From positions 1,408,744 to 1,472,743 of the forward strand of contig RHPI01002069.1 in NCBI GenBank assembly GCA_009103225.1: a stretch of 64,000 nt of DNA. Reading direction: 5' to 3'. This DNA comes from Chlorokybus atmophyticus (lineage: Eukaryota; Plantae; Mesostigma and Chlorokybus algae). The position numbers were made by a program, and so were the translations under genes. Below are positions 56,701 through 64,000 of the stretch, one piece after another (positions within the stretch are counted from its first letter, which is position 1; every line of letters begins with the position of its first letter). Under the pieces are notes generated by a model that made no database searches, had not been told where the DNA came from, and saw nothing but the letters and a program-made list of their open reading frames with translations.

Positions 56701-57516
56701 CTACCGCCGAAAAGTATGGAACTCCACGACTTCGGTGGCTACCATGTGCTGGTCTTGCACCGTGCTGTGCTTGTAGTTGTGGAAGCGCGAAGTGATCAGC
56801 GGCTGGGTCAACAAGAGGTGCGCGTCCACTTGTGCCCGCCAACGGTGTTTGGCAGGGTCTTGTAATGCCACCTCAACCATGGCATCCTCCTGCTCCTCAA
56901 TGTAAGGTGTTGGAGCAGCGTTGTTTGTGCGGCAAGGGGGTGCGACAACGGCAGCAACTTTTGTGCGGGTGCTGTCATATGTGGCTGATGGCGCCTCCCG
57001 TGTGCGCACGTGATTGCGCGTGGCTGTGGCAGCCACTTTGTGTTGAGCACGCGTGCATGATACCAACTCAAAAGGCAGGAAGCTCTGTACCTTTCCGTCA
57101 TCTTCATCCCAATGTGGTCGGAACCACGCCCGCTCTGTCCAGCATTCAAGGCTCATACCCACGGAAGTTAAAGTCCTGTCCAAGCAGAACATCGAAAGAG
57201 CCAACATTGGTGACCACACATTGCTGATCGATCTCTGTGGTGTGGGTCGGGTCCAGCCCTATCAACCGGATGCAAAAGACGTCCTTAGTGACCCCCATAA
57301 CCTTGTCACGGCTCCCCATTGCAGTGTTAAATACGTGTGGGCAGGGCATCAGATCCGAGCTGGTGATGCTAAGAGACCGCGCAAAGAAGCGCCCGATAAT
57401 GACTGGCTGCGCACCAGTGACCAGCATCACCCGCTTGGGTGCCAGGCCGTTGATGGTCACATGCTTGCCGTGGTTGGCTACCATGGCAGCGTTGGCGTTG
57501 ATGGCGTAGCCTCTGT

Positions 57517-59047
57517 CATCGCAAATTTTACACAGTGACTGACAAGGGACTGAGGGACTGATGGGTGCCTGACCCTGCCTGATCCTGCCTGACGTAACGA
57601 ATTGGTCCATAAAGGGACTTTTGGGGATGGCCGTTACTACTAAGCAACATATACCAATGGCAACCGGTCGATAGGTACAATCGACGACGGCCTGCCTGTG
57701 TCGGCAACACCGCACTTTAAGGTGACGGACGATTGTCGTCCCGTTTGCGCGATGGCGACCTATCTATATAGCACATAAGTCACGTTTTGGTCACATACAG
57801 TGACGGCCGACCGTCGGTCGTACCCTGACCGTCGAAAAGTATGCGCGACGGCCTGCCTACTATGGCAAGCCAGTCATCGTTAGTCCCTATCAGGTGACCT
57901 TATTGCGTCTATTAAGTGACGGCCGATCGCCGGTCGTGCACTTAACGCGGCGGCGACCTAACGGTTATGCAAGTTACCGCCTGTCCCTATATGTTGGCGA
58001 GTAATGCCGGTAAGTCGGGACGGTGGTACAATGCAATTATTAATGGTACAAAATGTCCATTGCTATAGTGACATAATCGTACCATTTTGAATGGTACGAC
58101 GGTGCCATTGTACCGTTAAGCGTTTGAATGACTTGGGCAGCCCAAGTCATTCAAACGCTCAACGGCTTGAAGTGTTGAACAGGTGAGCGCTGGGCAGCGG
58201 CGGTGGCGGCGGCGGCGACGGCCTACAGGAAGTAAGCTTGTATGCTGACGTTGTTATGCGCATGCAAGCTAATTGCCGTTCTTTTCTCAAGGCGGCCCTG
58301 GCTATACCAAACTAGGCCAATCCAGGCCAAACCAGGCCAGGCCAGGCCAAGCCAAGCTAGGCCAGGCGGCGGCGGCGGTATGGTAAGCGACAGCATGCTA
58401 GTGTGAAGGTTGTGTATATTGCTATTGACGGCGCTTGATTAATTGCCTTGTGCTTTGCAAGAGCGGCGATGGATAAGGAGCGACGGCGGAGGTGGAGCAC
58501 GGTGCAGGAGCACCGGTTTCTATTAAGGCCGTAGACTAGGGTAGTAGTAATGGTAGTAGTAGCTCACAATAGGTAGTTCAGATTGTGTATGTACACATTG
58601 TAGTACTTTTATAACTTGCAATATTTATTTACTTTTTTATTTAAGTTGACGTCTTGCTTGTCACGCATTTGAGTATCCCATTATGACCTGAACGATACTA
58701 ACAAGTATCTTTAGACGTACTTATCGATAATGGTCGATAGGGAAAAGGTACCATGAGGTACCTGCTAGTCTCACTGGGTTAGTGTTTAGTCACCGGTACA
58801 TCAACTGTACCTAACTAACAGGTACCGGTTAGTTAGGTAAGTCCCTTTTGCCTAACGGGTATGTAACAAACAGGTACCTGTCCGTCCAAGTCAATCCCTT
58901 TGTGTAAACGGCCGGGGACGGCCGTTATACTGAGGTCCCTATATCGAGATCACAGGTGGATTGAGCCACGACAGTGTAAATAAGTATTCTCAGGTGCACG
59001 GCCGTTGCCGATATTTAGTCAGCCGGCAGGGGAACATTATTGCGATG
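57517..59047. mobile_element. Non-autonomous TIR DNA element, copy B (1531 bp), inverted relative to copy A, inserted upstream of the protease
   Basis: Ends are CATCGCAAAT and ATTATTGCGATG, with GT on both flanks (57515-16, 59048-49). It is the reverse complement of copy A along its length, plus a ~170-bp extra segment (~58205-58375). Removal joins GKDP*H-RGYAINANAAM in frame. Confidence 0.88.
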
Positions 59048-59770
59048 GTGTCAAGGGTCTTTTCCCTTATTAAATGTTTTCACCTTGACAATATCTTATA
59101 TGACCTTGATTGGTCCACTGTATGCCAAGCTCCATTGGTTCCTCGCTTTATGCTTGTTAAGTCTGTTGTATGAGTCATATTCAAGTCATGCGTCCCAACG
59201 GGTGATATCCACGACTCCTACCCTATTTGGTTGATATCAAATAGACTGGTTAAAGCTATGGCTAATAGTGAGTGGTGAGGGGAGATCCTTATCACGACAG
59301 TCACAACGGCGGCGTTAGTAGGGTCGTTAGCGTGAATGTTGGGGTAGAGGATCAAAGGGGGAGTTTTGCTATTCACCTTTACATTTGGTTTCGGAGCTGG
59401 GTCCTCCTTGTCGGTGGACCTTATTGTAATGGTTGTGGTTATTATTGTGGTAGAGCAGCGCCGCCAGCAAGCCACCAGGCCGCTAGCAGCGCCGCCATTC
59501 ACCTTCAGACCAGGAGCCGGGCAAGCCACCTACTGCGCAGCCTACTGTGCAACGTGCGTCGCAGCAGGTACCACAATCGCCGGCTGCCGTCACCTGCGAG
59601 CGTTAGTCTCTCCTGCGGTCGTCGCCGTCTAGCTAGCGGAAACAAAGCCTGGCAAGTCGCAGCGACCAGCCAAACCACTACCCTTACAAGTAACAAGTTT
59701 ATTTATACAAGGCTGCCTTATGCTGATTTGGCCCCTCTTCCTTGTTGGTCTTACCACAAGGATAGGTGGA

Positions 59771-62700
59771 TGTGTGAGAGTGTTTGCTGGCTCGCTTGCA
59801 TTGTGTGCGTATATGTGCACATTTTTAGCAAATGGAGCCTCTAACATAATCCCCTCATTGTTGGTTTTACTACAAGGGGGATGTGCGAAAGTGTTTGCTG
59901 GCTCGCTTGCATTGTGTGCGTATATGTGCACATTCATTAGCAAAAGGAGCCTCTGCGATAATCCCCTCATGAATTGAGGGAGCTTCTCGGATATTCCTCT
60001 GAGCTGCAGTGGAACACTTAGTCATCAAGTTGCTTTGCATTGCAATAGGTGACAACACTCACTCACATTAACACCATTCTTAAGTGGTTTTATACTCAGT
60101 GTTACAACACGAGCAGCCTCTGGCATAAGACTTGTTGTTGTTGATTGTTGCGAGCTTTGCTTGCACAACTCTATTGGCTTGCACAGCGTTGTTCTTACAT
60201 GCTGTATTGTTGTGTCAGACATGGCAAAAGGCAAGTCAAGAAAGACATCTCAGGGTACTGAGGATCCCCCGCCTACCGCTACGCAAGTAGAAGAGCAAAA
60301 GGAGGATGCAGTTGACCCACAGAATGAGATGGAAGGGACCATTCTCCTTGAGCTCATCAAGCAAATACGTTTTCTTCGCAGTCAACCCTACTTTGTGGGG
60401 GACGCGAAGCGTTTTACAGGTGATGTAAGAAGGCACCTTCATGTTGGTGAACAGTTTGACAAACTTGACCCCGCTAGGCAACAGCGCCTTACATTTGATG
60501 TAGAGAAGCGGTTGAAAGAAGTTGAACAGGGGGCCACCCTATTATAGTTGCCTGCAGACCCAGCTCAGATTGTGCATGTTGATATCAATGAGCCTAAGGA
60601 GAAAACTACACAGCGACCTGCACCAGCGGCTACTCGCACTACTTCAAGGGGAGCTCAACAGAACGAACCTTTTGTGTTGCAACCCACTGAATCAGTGATG
60701 AATTCATTTAGATTTTACTACATGTCTTTGACGCTGCTTCCAATGGCCCGCGTTGCGCATTTCAATCCTTGGCACAGTATTGTCGCCATCAGGAAGCATT
60801 GGCACGAGGCATTACTTCTACATTGGAGAATGCAAAGTTATTGATTTCTCATCTGTCTCAGCAAGACGGCGTTGCATTCTGCACCCGCCACGAGCACAAC
60901 GTCTGCTAGTCCCAAGATGGCACTAGTCCAGCCATCCAAGTTCGACCCAACTAACAGGAAGACTACTGTCAAGAAGTGGATTGCGTTCATCAACAACTGG
61001 TTAGCCTTAGCCAATGATATGTCAGGAGGACAAGTTAAACATTGTTCTCAACTTGGCACCACTGAGGTGCAGATGCAGCATGAGCAGGGCAAGTTTGCCA
61101 GTACCATGCAAGCACTGCTGGACTACATGCGCAGTCACTATCAGAGTGTTGCATCTCGGGTGGAAGCAGATGAGAAGTTGGCTCAACTTCGGATGAGCAA
61201 CAAGAGTGCTGATGTGTATGCGCACTAGCGGCGCCTACTGGTTGACGAAGTCAACCAAGGAGCACTTCCATATGATGCAGCTGCACAGATGCGCTCCTTT
61301 CGCAGTGCATTACGCAAGGATTTGGTCACCAGCTTGCAGCTGAAAGGAGACAACACTGTGTGGGGCCTGGGGATCTTGAAGAGTATATCAAGGCTGTTAT
61401 TGGTCTCGACCACTCTCTGCGATCTACCAAGGCAACTCATCATTGAGGGTACAGCTGCAGTGTCGACGCAGAAAAAGAGAGAGCACACGGACGGCAAACG
61501 TGGGGCATCACATCAATCCAAGAAGCCCCGCAACAAGCCAAAGGTGATTTGTGCTTCTTGCAAGAAGCCGGGTCACACGGCAGATCGTTGTTGGCAGCTG
61601 CACCCTGAGCTCAAGTCCTCTACATCCCAGAAGATGGGAAAGGGCAAAGGCCAGAAGACTCAGCAGCCGTAGGGATTAAGCATGGCCACTGTGCCTCGTA
61701 ATGTTGGTTTAGACATTACATATGTTTTGTGTACACATAGTGTTCAACAGCATGTGTAAGTTACACATGCTGAATTTGATCATGATACGTTGCATGTAAT
61801 GCAGCGTGATGAACCAGCGCATGCACGCGTGTTGCTTTCAAGCAAACTAATTGACTTAGCAATTGCTTTAGCAGAGTTTGCTATGTTTAAAAAACAGCAA
61901 CATTTTGCTATCACAGGGTATGTGTTAATGCCATGCTATTATGGCTTATGGTCCAAATGGACATCACATGGACACCTTGTGGCTAAGTTCAAGCGGACAA
62001 CCGACATGCCTACTTCTGTGAAGGTTGGTGGTGCTTCCGCCGCACACACACACACACAGCGACCATGCACTTGTGGCTGAATTTGATGGTCATCTCATTC
62101 CCCTACTATGGACCTTTTAGGGTTCTTTAGCGAGTTATCATGCTTTATTTGTGTTGGACACCGCTACTACGCATAGCTTCATTTGTTAGTGAAACGCTTA
62201 TCATTAGCTATGTTACCAGCAAACATGCTGTTGCATGCCGCAGAGCGTAACAGTTTGCCTTTATATGGCGTGGTCAATGCACGCATGCGCATTGGTGCAT
62301 ACCCGGGCGTATTTAAGTTGTTGGTCACAGATTTTGAGATTGACAAGACTGATGATCATCCTGGGCTTGATTGGCAACAAGCTGTGCGTCTAACTCTAGA
62401 CACGTATGCAAAAACATTGTCTGTACGCAAAGGTAAGCGTAGAATTATGCTCACCACCAAATTGCGACGAGCCTTGCCTGAGCCTGCAGGGCTTTTAAAT
62501 GCTCCGCAAGCCAAACGTGTGTATCGCAAGCACAAATCAATGGCCTTTTGGGCTCATGTACGCGCTTCTTCTGATGCCACCAGCAATGCTATAAATGGCA
62601 TACCTGAAATGTAACAAGTGGTGAACACATTCAGTAATGTGTTTGCTGACGCTTTGCCGGAACTACCACTGGATAGAGGTATTGGTCATACCATTCCTAT

Positions 62701-64000
62701 CGAACCAGGTTCTGTCCCTCCTTCACGATCTACCTATGTACGCGCTTCTTCTGATGCCATTAGCAATGCTATAAATGGCATACCTGAGATGCAACAAGTG
62801 GTGAACACATGCAGTAATGTGTTTGCTGACGCTTTGCCGGAACTACCACTGGATAGAGGTATTGGTCATACCATTCCTATTGAACCGGGTTCTGTCCCTC
62901 CTTCACGACCTACCTACAGGCTTAGTTGTGTAGAGAGGGAAGAAATGGAATGGAAAAGCAGATCACTGAGTTATTGGCCAAACGTCTAACTTAGCTGCTA
63001 GAATTCAGCCAAGTAAATCCCCATACGGCTCTCCCATTCTCTTTGTGAAGAAGAAGAACGGGAAGCTACGCATGTGTGTGGATTATCGGGCACTGAACAA
63101 GATCACGGTCAAAAATAGGTACCCTTTACCTCGCATTGATGACATGCCAGACTCATTGTCGGGTAGTAAGTACTTTACATCACTCGATTTAACCAGTGGT
63201 TATCATTGGATCCGGTTGCATCTTGATGATGTATACAAGACTGCTTTCAGAACGCCAATTGGCCATTGCAAATACAAGGTGTTGCCGTTTGTTTTCACCA
63301 ACGTACCCGCTAAGCCGAGATGAATGCTGTGTTTGGCAACTTGCTTAGCAGGTTTGTAAAGGTCTACTTGGATGACATCATCATTCATAGTAAGAACCTA
63401 CATGAGCATAAACAACATGTGGCAATCGTGCTTAAGTGGATGCGAAAGCACAAGTTGTTTACCAACCTCAGCAAATGCAAGTTAGTAAGCAGGAGTTGCC
63501 ATATTTAGGGCACATTGTTGGTGATGATGGCATTAAGCCTGATCCTGCTAAAGTTGAAGTCGTGGAATATTGGCCTACGCCTCGCAATCAGCATGAGCTG
63601 ATGTCACTTTTGGGCCTAGCTAACTACTTCCGACGTTTTATACTCAACTACAATTCATTGACTTTGCCATTAACAACATTGTTGCGGAAAAGACAATGCT
63701 TTACATGGGATGCAAAACACGACGAATCGATGCACCTAATCAAGCATGCACTAACATCTGCACCTGTACTGGCAATGCCAGATATGAAAGAAACAATTCA
63801 CTGTGATTAGTGATGCGTCCAAGTTGGGGTGTGGTGCGGTGCTCATGCAAGATGATCGTGTGTGTGCTTATAAGTCTCGCAAATTCATTCCGATTGAGGT
63901 CAATTATACCACTACTAGGCAAGAACTATTGGGGGTGGTGCATGCAGTAAATACGTGGCATTGCTATCCCGAGGGCGCACACTTTACAGTGACAACAGAT
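59771..64000 (+). mobile_element. Second Ty3/Gypsy LTR retrotransposon (decayed): putative 5' LTR, ORF/gag with CCHC knuckle, protease, RT and start of RNase H; runs beyond the window
   Basis: Gag QPSKFD..., zinc knuckle CASCKKPGHTADRC, protease VLDTATTHSF, RT PYGSPILFVKKKNGKLRMCVDYRALNKITVKNRYPLPRIDD and VYLDDIIIHS, RNase H DASKLGCGAVLMQ. A ~111-bp tandem repeat (59771 / 59882) lies at the presumed LTR start. Confidence 0.9.
62556..62915 (+). repeat. 180-bp (60-codon) in-frame tandem duplication between protease and RT of the plus-strand Gypsy
   Basis: atgtacgcgcttcttctgatgcc... starts at 62556 and at 62736. Confidence 0.93.

Larger units (their letters stand above)
50990..59760 (-). mobile_element. 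Decayed Ty3/Gypsy LTR retrotransposon: gag remnant - protease - C5 DNA methyltransferase - RT - RNase H - integrase - PHD finger; 3' LTR probably starts at ~50990 and extends leftward
   Basis: Protease VML(V)TGAQPVII (~57400), RT PFGMKNAPAKFQR and CYIDDILIFS, RNase H DWSKLGMGAVL, integrase HTELGHFG...CQQC, ADQGLEF and GLAER, PHD C4HC3. A G-rich polypurine tract (plus-strand C run 50991-50997) is followed by TG. Many stops and frameshifts. Boundaries approximate. Confidence 0.88.

Overview
Intron-rich nuclear DNA of a green alga. The plant-like COX7c, OEP21-like, bimodular GCH1 and plant-type RAD16 genes, plus a DNMT-bearing Gypsy element, suggest an early-diverging streptophyte (charophyte); this is inference. 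Positions 1-48.4 kb are a compact gene-rich block: organellar RF3 (prfC), a PqqL-like M16 peptidase, a single-ORF MRI1/MtnA-MTK/MtnK fusion, GTP cyclohydrolase I, RIO2, a RAD16-like SNF2/RING ATPase whose predicted N-terminus mimics the histone H3 tail (MARTKQT), a signal-peptide 2H phosphoesterase, a mitochondrial-type phosphate acetyltransferase, a PPR protein, an ankyrin protein, an OEP21-like beta-barrel and COX7c. Remnants of CRE-type (RLE) non-LTR retrotransposons are interspersed. Positions ~51-64 kb are a nest of transposons. A decayed minus-strand Ty3/Gypsy element carries a C5 DNA-cytosine methyltransferase between protease and RT and a PHD finger after integrase. It is interrupted by two oppositely oriented copies of an unclassified ~1.4-1.5 kb TIR element with 2-bp GT duplications, and its gag end abuts a second, plus-strand Gypsy element that runs off the window. 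At least seven GC-AG introns are required to build the gene models. All exon structures were read by eye and no database searches were run.
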